The translations under genes were made by a program, and so were the position numbers. A stretch of 64,000 nt of DNA from Hormiphora californensis. Taxonomy: Eukaryota; Animalia; Ctenophora. The stretch covers positions 10,168,001 through 10,232,000 of the forward strand of contig CM035350.1 in assembly GCA_020137815.1 (NCBI GenBank). The letters run 5' to 3'. A model generated the notes under the pieces. That model was given only the letters and a program-made list of their open reading frames with translations. It was not told where the DNA came from and ran no database searches. Within the stretch, counting starts at the first letter, position 1, and every line of letters starts with the position of its first letter. Positions 17,314 through 33,643 of this stretch are shown here, piece by piece.

Positions 17314-19339
17314 ATCTCTCTCTCACACCTATTTTCAACAGGGATGGAGATCAGCTGAATTTCTTTAGAGTGATAGATAGAGGCGATGGTACTCTCACAC
17401 CTCTCTCCGAGTCTCTCAGGTAACTATATTCAATCTTTACTGGGAAATGGGTAGCTATTTTCGATCTTTACTGGGACTCGAAAGAGCGGCCACCCGTGTT
17501 TTATAGGGTAACGATACCTTACTGTTACACACACTACTCTCGCTCTCTTGTACAGAGCTTTTGAATAGGGAATAAGTAATGGTAATTGAATTGAGAGTGA
17601 GCGTTAGCAGAACTCCGTGTTATTAATATTTCAGTATTGGTGTATGTCAGATATTGATTCCCTAGTTGTCCCTCCCTTATGATCTCTGTTTCAGTGGTAA
17701 CTCAATGTACAATCTATACGACGAAGACGAGGATAGTTCATTGGAGGAGAGATCTTCAGAAAACGCTGTAATGAAGGACAAAGTGCGGAACCTGAAAGCT
17801 AAAATGAGGGTCATTAACGCATCTAAAAAGGTAATGAAGTTTTGGAAAGTTGCGTGTTGCGAAACACGCAGTCAGTCGTTAGAGGAAGGGGAGGGAGAGG
17901 GAGAGAGGAGAGATGGGAGAGAGAGAGTTTGTGCTGTTGTGAGAGTGAGAGAGGAGAGTTTGTTGGCGGGTTTGGATCGTTCTCACCACCACACACGACG
18001 TGAGAGTTGAAGTTACGCGCGCGCCCCTACTAGCCCTCAATACAAAGCACTCTATGTTAGCACGACAGTTTACACGCGCCGCGCATCAGAGATCACATTG
18101 CTTATCGAGTCGTATCAGATCACTTGCACGGATTCCAACAGCTTCGATAAGAGTGAATTAACAATTAATAATTCAAACTAATAAACTCTCTCTCTACAGA
18201 TGAACGAGTCTGGTCGAGATCACCAACTGAAGCCCAGTCCTCCACCCCGTCCCCCCATGGCACCCCTCCCGCCCCACCGTACACCAAGGCCACCCTCTGA
18301 TCTGAACACCCCCAGGAATTTATCCAACGGGGGAACTGTCCGACGCAGGTATGAACTGTTTGAATAATTTGCCTTGCTCGACCCTGTTTCACCCCTTACA
18401 AATGTAAAGGAGGGTCAGGGTTAGAACAACAAATGTTAACTTCATACCTATCCACATAAACTAATAATCTCTCTTTGCAGGATGTACAGTAAGATTGAGG
18501 AACCATCACGGCAGGAAGAAGCTCTGCCCCCTCTCTCTGGACGAGGCTCCCGGCAACTCCCGAAAATAAAATCTCGGAGTGAAGCAAGTAAAACATTTGA
18601 GAACGCCATTGATAACTCGCAGCCCCTCGTATCACGAGTCTGCTCAGCCAAGGTTGCTCTGAACGAAATCAAATCTTCGGTTGTATCAGATAAATCACCG
18701 AGCAGCGTTCCTGTGTCAGCTAAAGGTAACTGTACTAGTAAGGAGTCTCTGGGACACTACAAGAGATACACTCAGCAGAAGAAGGAGACAGCCTCGGACC
18801 CCCTGGCGTATCTGAAGCCCAGCGGAGCAGCGGAGGGAGAGAAAAGTAGGGAAGTGTCAGCACGTCTATCTTCTCGAATCAGTGGAAAAGTAAGTTCGAG
18901 TGAGTCCCTGGGTAAGATCACTAAGCACGTCACCTACGACATCAACACACGTACAAACCACGTATTGACTCGAGAGAAAGACAATGATGGGAGAAAGAGT
19001 GTGATTCACAGACTGAACTCATCTGAACGGAAGAATCTCCGTGCTCTTCAAGTTCTGTCGAGACAAGGCTCAATAACACCCCCTGCCTCACCCGGGACTC
19101 GGCTACCACCGGTAGCGCCACCACCAAAACCAAAAAAGAAAAATGTGACACGGTGCAATTTTTGTCGGAAGAAGACTGGACTGGCAACCACATACACCTG
19201 TCACTGCGAGGGGACATTCTGTGCAATACACCGGTACGCTGAGGCTCACCAGTGCCCCTATGATTATAAGAGCACTGGACGGAAGTTACTGGAGGCTGCC
19301 AACCCTGTGGTGACTGCACCAAAACTACCCAAAATATGA
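14013..19339 (+). CDS. ZFAND4: AN1-type zinc finger protein with N-terminal ubiquitin-like domain (ANUBL1)
   Basis: Exons approx 14013-14115 (MEISIETLAGTSFDLRVSPFETVISVK), 14262-14337 (GIPIAQQHLIW), 15804-15989 (LVLAMRGGPISTRR), 17342-17419 (DGDQLNFFRVIDRGDGTLTPLSESLS), 17695-17830, 18200-18348 and 18481-19339 (AN1 finger, ending VVTAPKLPKI). Confidence 0.93.
14508..15177. mobile_element. Palindromic MITE with TTAA target duplication and AG...CT ends (Kolobok-like)
   Basis: TTAA at 14504-14507 and 15178-15181; AGTAAGAGTGGCGCGCC...GGCGCGCCACTCTTACT; near-perfect inverted arms of ~250 bp. Confidence 0.85.
16088..16923. mobile_element. Probable non-autonomous DNA transposon in a ZFAND4 intron
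   Basis: Short inverted termini GGGTGTGCTA...TAGCACACCC, AT-rich interior with a 20-bp tandem at 16380-16460; no clear TSD. Confidence 0.4.
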
Positions 19340-19602
19340 CAATGGGGGCTGTGAAATGACACTGACATTTGTATATACACGTGAGCTGCTTCGCCGTCAG
19401 GAATCATCATGTGAATCCCCCGTGTAGTTGTTTTTTTACGTTGTCCGTGTGTGAGTGTGCAGCATTATTTCTCTGTAGCTAACACAGTCTTGGTTTATTG
19501 CTTTCTGGCAATGCGCCACACTGGTTTGTTGTGAGTGTTTTTGTGTTTTGGAGTGGAAATGAAAAACTATGTAAATTATTTCACGGGTTTCTAACATATA
19601 AT

Positions 19603-19607
<5 letters not shown>

Positions 19608-19643
<36 letters not shown>

Positions 19644-19664
19644 TGTGCGTGTGTGTGTGTTTGT

Positions 19665-19711
<47 letters not shown>

Positions 19712-19712
19712 T
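19608..19712. repeat. (GT)n microsatellite
   Basis: Direct reading. Confidence 0.95.
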
Positions 19713-20335
19713 GTGGGTCTGTGTGAGTGTTTTTTGGGGCCGTGTCGTTTAATCTCCACTGTTAATTTCCCAATCCTAACTTAATGGGCCAATTAAAAGG
19801 GTGATCCTTGTCTACCGAACACGTTTGTTTACGCTTGATACTTTGAAAATGGAGAGATTTTATTGCTGAGACTTGACCCTGCAAGCAATTAATGTGAACC
19901 TCATGTTTGTAGAATATAAAGTTGACGTAAAGATGAAAACATGTGTCTTCCGTTTCCCTTATTTTAGATTGATATAGGGCTATGTAATCCCAGCTTTAGT
20001 AATTAAAAGACAATGATAACCATTGTCCATTACATTGTACAATATGACAATTAAATAGCGCTTGTCAGCGCCCGGCGCTGATGTAACGCGCAAATTCAAA
20101 ACGCGCATTGATCCAATAACACTCTTATTTGGCCGCGCGGCGAAAAATCTAATAAAAATTTATAAATCGCTAGGGACGTGCGTGGTGTACCAGGAGGGGC
20201 GCGATTATAATCTGGGTGCCTTGCAGCCTGTTTACAGGTGCCCGCTACCAAAAGAGTATACTTAGACCGACTTTTTTCAAACGGCTATAGCCATGGAACC
20301 ACATGGCCGATTTGAGTAAACTAAACGGTATCAGT

Positions 20336-21435
20336 TAGAGAATCGATAGCATGGATGTCCGAGAACTTCCTAAGACTCAACCCCAGCAAAACTGAAATCA
20401 TCGTGTTAAACAACAAACATGATAAAACAACGAATCCTGCAACTCTTCAAACGATGAGCAACCAGGAGCCCACAAAGCCACTCACACTTGTACGAAACCT
20501 TGGTGTATTTTTGGACTCAGAGCTCTCCCTCTCTGGTCACGTATCCAGGACGGTAAGGACATGCCAACTCGCCCTTATGAATCTCTGGAAAATCCACAGA
20601 ATGTTGGGAGTAAACCTGAAAATCAAACTTGTAAACAGTTTAATCCACAGCAGACTGGATTACTGTAACAGCCTCCTTGCTGGTTCTTCTGCTAAAGACA
20701 TAGATCGTCTACAGAAGATTCAAAACTCTGCGGCCCGCTTCGTCTTTGGACAACGCTTCTACCAAGGCACCACAAACCTTCGGAAGCAGCTTCATTTCCT
20801 ACCAGTTCGAGAAAGAGTGCAATACAAGCTGTGTCTACTCACATACAAATCACTAAATGGTATAGCTCCACCTTACCTCTCAAAGCTGATTCAACTCCGA
20901 AAACCGAAAACAAAAAGTCTACGAAGCGATGCTGACAAAACCTTACTTGACAAGAACTATACCAGATATTGTTCTAGTAAAGGTGCGTTTAGTGTCGCTG
21001 CTCCGGTAATATGGAATACCTTACCTTCTTCTCTTCGGGAAAACTCATCCATCACATCATTCAAATCCAACTTGAAAACCCACTTCTTCCGGAAGGCATA
21101 CGAGTGTTAAAAACAATGTGTGAAGACAATTTATATTACGAGAAATGTGATAGAGAGTTGAGAGAGTTGAGGATCCTGACATAGAGTGTGATACCGTGAA
21201 GTTAGAACGACCAGTACTCATTTTACTCACGCTTTCTAAACTGGTCTTTCTTACTAATTGATGTTTAATATTTATTCCATTTTTTGAAAGTAAAATAAAA
21301 AAAAAAAAAAAAATAAAAAAAAAAGAAGAAAAAAAAAAGAAAGAAAAAAAAAAAGGTAAAGCAGAAAAGATCCAAAAAAAAAAAAAAAACAAAAAAAAAA
21401 CTAATAAAAAAAAAAAAAAAAAAGGGAAAAAAAAG
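20336..21435 (+). mobile_element. 5'-truncated L2/CR1-group LINE with 3' UTR and A-rich tail
   Basis: ORF 20355-21110 has WMSENFLRLNPSKTE, VRNLGVFLD, SRLDYCNSLL, LQKIQNSAAR, LHFLPV and WNTLP...FKSNLKTHFF; A-rich tract ~21290-21435. Confidence 0.9.
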
Positions 21436-21499
21436 GGGGAAATATAAATTTATAAATGGACACCAAAATTGGGGAAGTGGGTGTGAAATGGTTACAGTG

Positions 21500-21815
21500 A
21501 GGTGTGGTGTAGAAGTGTGTGTTGGGCTTTACTTACAGAAGTACAGTCGGTATGGTGTGGTGCAGTGGAGTGTGTTGGGCTTTACTTATAGAAGTACAGT
21601 CGGTATGGTATGGTGCAGTGGAGTGTGTTGGGCTTTACTTATAGAGGTACAGTCGGTATGGTGTGGTGCAGTGGAGTATGTTGGGCTCTACTTACAGAAG
21701 TACAGCCAGTATGGTGTAGTGCAGTGGAGTGTGTTGGACTTTACTTACAGAAGTACAGTCAGTATGGTGTGGTGCAGTGAAGTGTGTTGGGCTTTACTAA
21801 TAGAAGTACAGCCAG
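21500..21815. repeat. 53-bp tandem repeat, ~6 copies
   Basis: Unit GGTGTGGTGCAGTGGAGTGTGTTGGGCTTTACTTACAGAAGTACAGTCGGTAT. Confidence 0.9.
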
Positions 21816-22589
21816 TAAGTTGAGATCTAGCGATGTGAGGCGTGAGCTACCGTGAGGCATGCCGTGTATCGTATGGACACAAGTGAGTTTAATTCTCTCC
21901 CGCTCCTTGGTTCTCCTACAGGTGAAGCAGAAGGATCCTCACCCAGGTTGTATAAGACAGTATCAATTGTTTAAGGGCTAAAGCCCTGGAGCTAAAATAT
22001 TCATTTCTGGATCTCTAGATCCAAGAACATATTCTATTAATCTGCAGTAAGCAGAGACAGTATATTTCATCATCCGATTTAAATATGGTTTAACTAACAA
22101 AACTTACCTTCAGAAAATATCTTCTTGAAAAATATCTGGAAATCCTTGGTATAAAACTAACCGCTTTTGAAACGAGAGTTAGTGAGATGAAGTCCGCACC
22201 AAGTGATGCTAGTAGTCAAGACCTAACAGAACTCGTGTTGTTCTTTAAAATATGGACAATGAAAAGCGGACAATAAATGTATATTTGTATTTGTATTTGT
22301 AACCGATAACCCCAAACCAAACCCTAACCAGACCCTAACGGATAGCCCTAACCCGTCGCGCGCGCCAAAACTACGAATTGTTAGCAATGAAAGGCACCCA
22401 GATTTTAACGTTTTCCTACCAGGAGTGGTGAATTATGCAGCCATTCTTTATTGTGTCTCTCTCCCTTATCTCCGTGTCCTAACACAATATACCTATGGTA
22501 CACCCACACAGTCGTGTTCCTCTTTTCGTCGTTATTTGATTTTTTTTCTTAATAAAAATTTATAAAAAATTCGCCGCTCGATTTTTTTG

Positions 22590-24080
22590 AAACTGGGCTG
22601 CCCCTTTGGCGGGCGCCGTTACGATCTGGGTGTTTGGAGGCCTGTTTACAGGTGCGCGCTGCCAAAAAAGTTGATTCACTAAAATGGCTCTAACCGCCAA
22701 ACCACTCAACCGTTTTGGCTGATTCAAAGTTTATCTGGTAGGGAATGTCAAGGCCTAACCCCAACCCAAACCCCAACCCTAACCCTAACCCTACTTTAGC
22801 CCTAACCCTAAAAAACCGTTTGTCAGCACTCCCAAAACACCCAGATTTTAACGCTGGCCCCCTTTGGCGCCTTTTTATTTTTTTTTGGGGCCAGCGTTAA
22901 AATCTGGGTGTTTCGTTGGTATGCACGTTTTCCACGGCTTCTTTCAGGGCCTTCAGCGTAAGCCAAGGTGTTTCGTGAGTGCTGACCAACGGTTTTTTAG
23001 GGTTAGGGCTAAAGTAGGGTTTGGGCTGGGATTAGGCCTTGACATTTCCTAACCCTAACCCTAACCCTAACCCTACCAGATAAACTTTGAATTAGCCAAA
23101 ACGGTTGAGTGGTTTGGCGGTTACAGCCATTTTAGTGAATCAACTTTTTTGGAAGCGTGCACCTGTAGAATAGAATAGAATAGAATAAAACCAACAGGAA
23201 AAGAGCCAAAACATCATGGCTGTGCCATCCTGCACAGTAGGGAAAAAAACACAGATGGGCCCAGCGACTGCCAGATCAGCAATGCTCCCGCGTGCCTGTC
23301 CCTCCGCGAAACCGATTGATTTGCGACGAGGCGCACACACGGCAGCACCACTGGTCTCTACTCAGGCAGACGCTGTGAGCATCGAGACCCACACACGCCC
23401 TAACCAGGAATTGTTGACATATGACTACTGCAAATATAAAAGTGTTCATGGTTCCATATAATTGTCTCGTAATGTATGTGACGCTTTGAGGAACCTGTTC
23501 AGGGCATTTCCATTCCTTTCGGTGTAAATATTTGCTGCTTCCCCGCTTGCGATGGCCGAGAGCAGGTGGTCTGGGAGAGTTTGCCGCATTTCTTCGTAAA
23601 CAAGCCACGAAACACCCAGATCGTAACGGCGCCCCTTTTTTGGGGCCAACGTTAAAATCTGGGTGTTTGGCTGCATGGCGGCGCTCAGATGGGGTCGGTT
23701 GCGCCAGACAGGTGTTTGGTTAGGGTAAGGGCTAAAGTAGGGTTAGGTTTCGGTTGGGGTTAGGCCTTGACATTTCCTACCGTATAAACTTTGAATTAGC
23801 CAAAACGGTTGAGTGGTTTGGCGGTTGGAGCCATTTTTGTGAATCAACTTTTTTTGGCAGTGCACACCTGTAAACAGGCCACCAAACACCCAGATCGTAA
23901 CGGCGCCCCTTTTTTGGAGGTGTTAGCACTCATGGTTGTTGTGTTAGGGCTAAAGCAGGGTTAGGGCTTGAGATTTCCTATCAGATAAACTTTAAATTAG
24001 CCAAAACGGTTTGGTGGTTAGAGCCGTTTTAGTGCAGGGTACTTTTTGGCAGTGCACACCTGTAAACGGGCGCCCCCTTT
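22590..24080. mobile_element. Cluster of direct and inverted copies of a TTAGGG-containing interspersed repeat
   Basis: Recurring ACACCCAGATCGTAACGGCGCCCC, GCACCTGTAAACAGG and AGCCAAAACGGTTGAGTGGTTTGGCGG blocks with short (AACCCT)n runs in both orientations; related pieces at ~20190-20335 and 22310-22395. Confidence 0.7.
23167..23595 (-). mobile_element. 3' end of a truncated LINE-like insert with (TATTC)n tail
   Basis: Splits the host motif GCACCTGTA|AACA(A/G)GCC; (AGAAT)n at 23167-23186; short minus-strand coding remnant ending DNYMEP-stop at 23446. Confidence 0.5.
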
Positions 24081-24708
24081 TTGCAGGTCACTGCTGCAAC
24101 GCATGGCAAGTTTGTATATTCTTTTGAAATCAGGGGCCTAACGGACCTGGACCGGCTGTACAGTAATGGCAGGCCCCAGATTACCGGACAAGCTGTCGCC
24201 TTGGAAAGCACCGATGGTGCAATGTTTCTGTTTGACCACAGATATAAGAATCTTCTGGGCCCATACGATGTTGGCAGTGCTGTGTCCCTGTATGCGTTCT
24301 GCCAGGGTCCAGTGTAGTGGGATACACAATCACGGATGCGGTTCAGGACGATAACGGATAGTATTTTTCTCGTTCCGTTCAGTGCAGTAGGCAGTGCAGT
24401 AGGCAGAGTGGTCCTTTAGGCTTCCTGGGTTTTTGAAGAGGGGTAATAAAACCTTCTGTGATATAGAAAATATAAAAATCAAGATCAATCACATGCGTTA
24501 CATTATATCACCAAAAACTCAAAAAGCATTATCTACTCGCAGTTTCTAAAAGTCAAAAGATGGCCAAGGAACTCTCGTAAAGGGGTTCCTCAGAGTCCAG
24601 GTTGATAGGTGTAAACTCTTTGGGTGGCCGGAACCCAGGTCTTGTCACCGTTCTATCCAGCTGGTCGTACACCCCAGGTTTCTGTCGCGGTGAGGATCGG
24701 AGGTCAGC

Positions 24709-25683
24709 TTACACAGAATCCTCCTCATCGGGGTGGGAGGTAGTGGGGATGCTCTCTACTGGCGGTGGCGGGTGAGTCACTCTAGTGATCTTCCTGATGG
24801 CTTTGTGGTAGAGGGTGACTAACAGGATACCACCTACCACCAGGATCACCAGAATACAGGATCCGATAATGTACCATACCCGACTTGACTCTATAACGCT
24901 GTCATCACCTGGATCATCATCTATATCTTGATCCTCATCTGGATACTTCGTGGTCAGGTCGATTAATTGGGTTGTTTCCTTTCCGGTTACAGCGTTAGTT
25001 GCTGTTATCATAACTTGTTGGGTGGTGTTCAGATCCACAGTGATAGTCGTGTTTTGTTGGTAACCAGCTTCCACTGTTCCGTTCTTTATCTCAGTGCCGT
25101 CTGCAAACCAGGATACTTTAACTGGGTCCAGGGATGTTATCACAGCTGTCACGTTGTTCCCAGTCTGTTGTAGTGGGTCAAGTCTTGGTGTGTCACAGAA
25201 ACATATCGCTAGGTAGGAGCACCCGGTGCTTAGTTGGTAGGACCATTCGCTCTCTAGAACCTCAGATCGATAATCACTATTGATATCATCGTGAAAATGG
25301 AGGTATTCAGAAGATGTATCATCTCTGTATACTATTCCAAATGTGTTCCCACTCCAAAACATTCTAATTCCAGTCAAATATGATCCTGCCACCTGGGTTT
25401 CATCAAATCGTGATGCCGTGTGAGGATTAAAAACTAGTTGAGCTAAACTTCTGCCAAAGTTTAACTGGAGTAGTACGTTGGAATTCATCGTCAAGTTCTT
25501 TAGAGAGATGCTGCAGTTATCGCCCACAGGTACCAGTACAGTTCCATTGATCTTGGTGAGATTTAGGAATTTTCCAGATGAATACAGATGATAGCATTCA
25601 TCGATATCACACACTTTTGTCAGGTCCGTGTGTACACCTTGTAGAAGTATAAAATATAACGAAAACAGGAGCAGCAGCATCAT
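24709..25683 (-). CDS. Intronless type I single-pass membrane receptor with Ig-like membrane-proximal region; frame stays open past TAA to TGA at 24553
   Basis: Signal peptide MMLLLLFSLYFILLQG, multiple NxS/T sequons, VKVSWFADGTEI beta-sandwich-like motif, acidic stalk, TM WYIIGSCILVILVVGGILLVTLY, basic stop-transfer HKAIRK and a Pro-rich tail. Confidence 0.8.
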   Translation of the reverse strand: MMLLLLFSLYFILLQGVHTDLTKVCDIDECYHLYSSGKFLNLTKINGTVLVPVGDNCSISLKNLTMNSNVLLQLNFGRSLAQLVFNPHTASRFDETQVAGSYLTGIRMFWSGNTFGIVYRDDTSSEYLHFHDDINSDYRSEVLESEWSYQLSTGCSYLAICFCDTPRLDPLQQTGNNVTAVITSLDPVKVSWFADGTEIKNGTVEAGYQQNTTITVDLNTTQQVMITATNAVTGKETTQLIDLTTKYPDEDQDIDDDPGDDSVIESSRVWYIIGSCILVILVVGGILLVTLYHKAIRKITRVTHPPPPVESIPTTSHPDEEDSV

Positions 25684-25966
25684 AGTTAATAGCAGTATAT
25701 GGACAACTGAGACAATGATTTTATAGCAGGAAATAAATTACACGACGGTTTCGTCGAACATCGACATCATCAGGCGACATCATCAGGCTGCAGCATCATA
25801 TACTGAGACTTTTCTACTCATTGTTAGATTAGACACCTTTATATATTTGGTTCGTCAGACGTCACGTGACATTAAATGGATCATTTTGCTTAGTTTATTA
25901 CACTTGGGTTGAATGAAACAATACTGTTATTTCTAGCAAACCACCTTCCCTTTCTAGATATGACCC

Positions 25967-31898
<5,932 letters not shown>

Positions 31899-31926
<28 letters not shown>

Positions 31927-32193
31927 AGATCACAGTAGAGGGAGAGGAAGGACTCCTTTAAATAGAGATCACTTGACAGTAGAGGGAGAGGAAGGACTCC
32001 TTTAAATAGAGATCACTTGACAGTAGAGGGAGAGGAAGGACTCCTTTAAATAGAGATCACTTGACAGTAGAGGGAGAGGAAGGACTCCTTTAAATAGAGA
32101 TCACTTGACAGTAGAGGGAGAGGAAGGACTCCTTTAAATAGATATCATAGTAGAGGGAGAGGAAGGACTCCTTCAAATAGAGATCACTTGACA
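31899..32193. repeat. 39-44 bp tandem repeat spanning the HAGH stop codon, 7 copies
   Basis: Unit GAGGGAGAGGAAGGACTCCTTTAAATAGAGATCACTTGACAGTA. Confidence 0.95.
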
Positions 32194-32268
32194 ATTCATT
32201 TGAGATGTTGCATGTATTGTGTGAGAGAAGTATAATGTTTAAAGAGCTGTAAAACCCACATTTTAGCC

Positions 32269-33485
32269 ATGGATAAGAGGCCTGTATACGGGTCAACTAA
32301 ACATCACATGGATAAGAGGCCTGTATACGGGTCAACTAAACATCACATGGATAAGAGGCCTGTATACGGGTCAACTAAACATCACATGGATAAGAGGCCT
32401 GTATACGGGTCAACTAAACATCACATGGATAAGAGGCCTGTATACGGGTCAACTAAACATCACATGGATAAGAGGCCTGTATACGGGTCAACTAAACACC
32501 ACATCATGGTTGACTGTGAAGGGAAATCAACTGAAATATCAGACGGGATCACAACTACAAAACTTCCCATTTTCTCCTCCCAAGTTTACTACACCACCGA
32601 GTCTTTTTTGTGTAACCCTGATGATGATATGAATGGTGATGCTGTGTGTTTGGCAATGGACTCGCTCAATACCACCAGGGAGGTTCCAGGGAGAGTGATT
32701 GGGTTGGAACATGTCACAGGAAGGTACCTTCTAAAACACAGTGAGGGTCATCACGGAGTCTGTGATCACTTTGGTGACACGGCCCGTTCTCCTAATTCAA
32801 CGATCTGGAGATATGATCCCGGGAGGAATTCCTCAGAGAAATACCCGAACCCTTGTATTACTTCCATCCAAGATATTCCGATCACCTGGATAACGGTGGT
32901 AAACAACCGAGATGTCGTTATAGCAACCAAGAACTCCCGGATTCTGTTTGTATCGGAGGGTGTGATAACATCTAATATCCGTGTAGATAGCCAGGTCCAT
33001 TATATCTCTGTGTTATCGGATATTATTATCAGGGTTCACCATGGTAACAGTGCTACAGATCTAACTATCCCAGTACTATCCCCACACACCTCATCAACCA
33101 ATCAGGGGCCAGCATCATGCTCATCAACCAATCAGCAGCCAGCATCATCCTCATCAACCAATCAGGGACCAGCATTCAATGGGTGTTTGTCCTCGTGTCA
33201 AAGATTAAAATGCAGCAGTTAGAATTGTTTGCGGAGGAACGTGCCCGGTGTGAAGATAAGAGAAGGTTTGTAGAGGAGATGTGGAGAGGACTGTTCAAAC
33301 TAGCTCCTCAACAGAGGGTTGATGAAAGCCCCTTTGTAAGACAGTTCACTAAAGATGAGACGTTCCATGTTGAGAACAGTGCATCATTTCAGAAACAACT
33401 TCGTGATAGGTTAGATCTTCAGATGAGACAGAATCCAGATGAGCTATCGACTGATTGCCTGGCAAACTTGCTGAGATTGTCCTAG
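32269..33485 (+). CDS. Uncharacterised intronless protein with six N-terminal MDKRPVYGSTKHH repeats; probable frameshift near 33085-33115
   Basis: Overlapping ORFs 32269-33222 and 33117-33485; a beta-rich middle followed by a helical/coiled-coil tail. Confidence 0.55.
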
Positions 33486-33643
33486 TCTTAGCGGGTACAA
33501 TTACATGACGTGTTGTTTTATCAATATTTTTGAGTTTATGTCAATGTTTCATATTTCATTTCAATAACTCTGTTTTAATCTCAGAGCGTATATTGTATGT
33601 ATGAATTCTAGTACTAACCCCACCACTCTTTCTCTCTAGCAGT

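Noticed and set aside
22760-23075. (AACCCT)n as a telomere or fusion site
   Set aside because: Only a few degenerate units embedded in a dispersed repeat.
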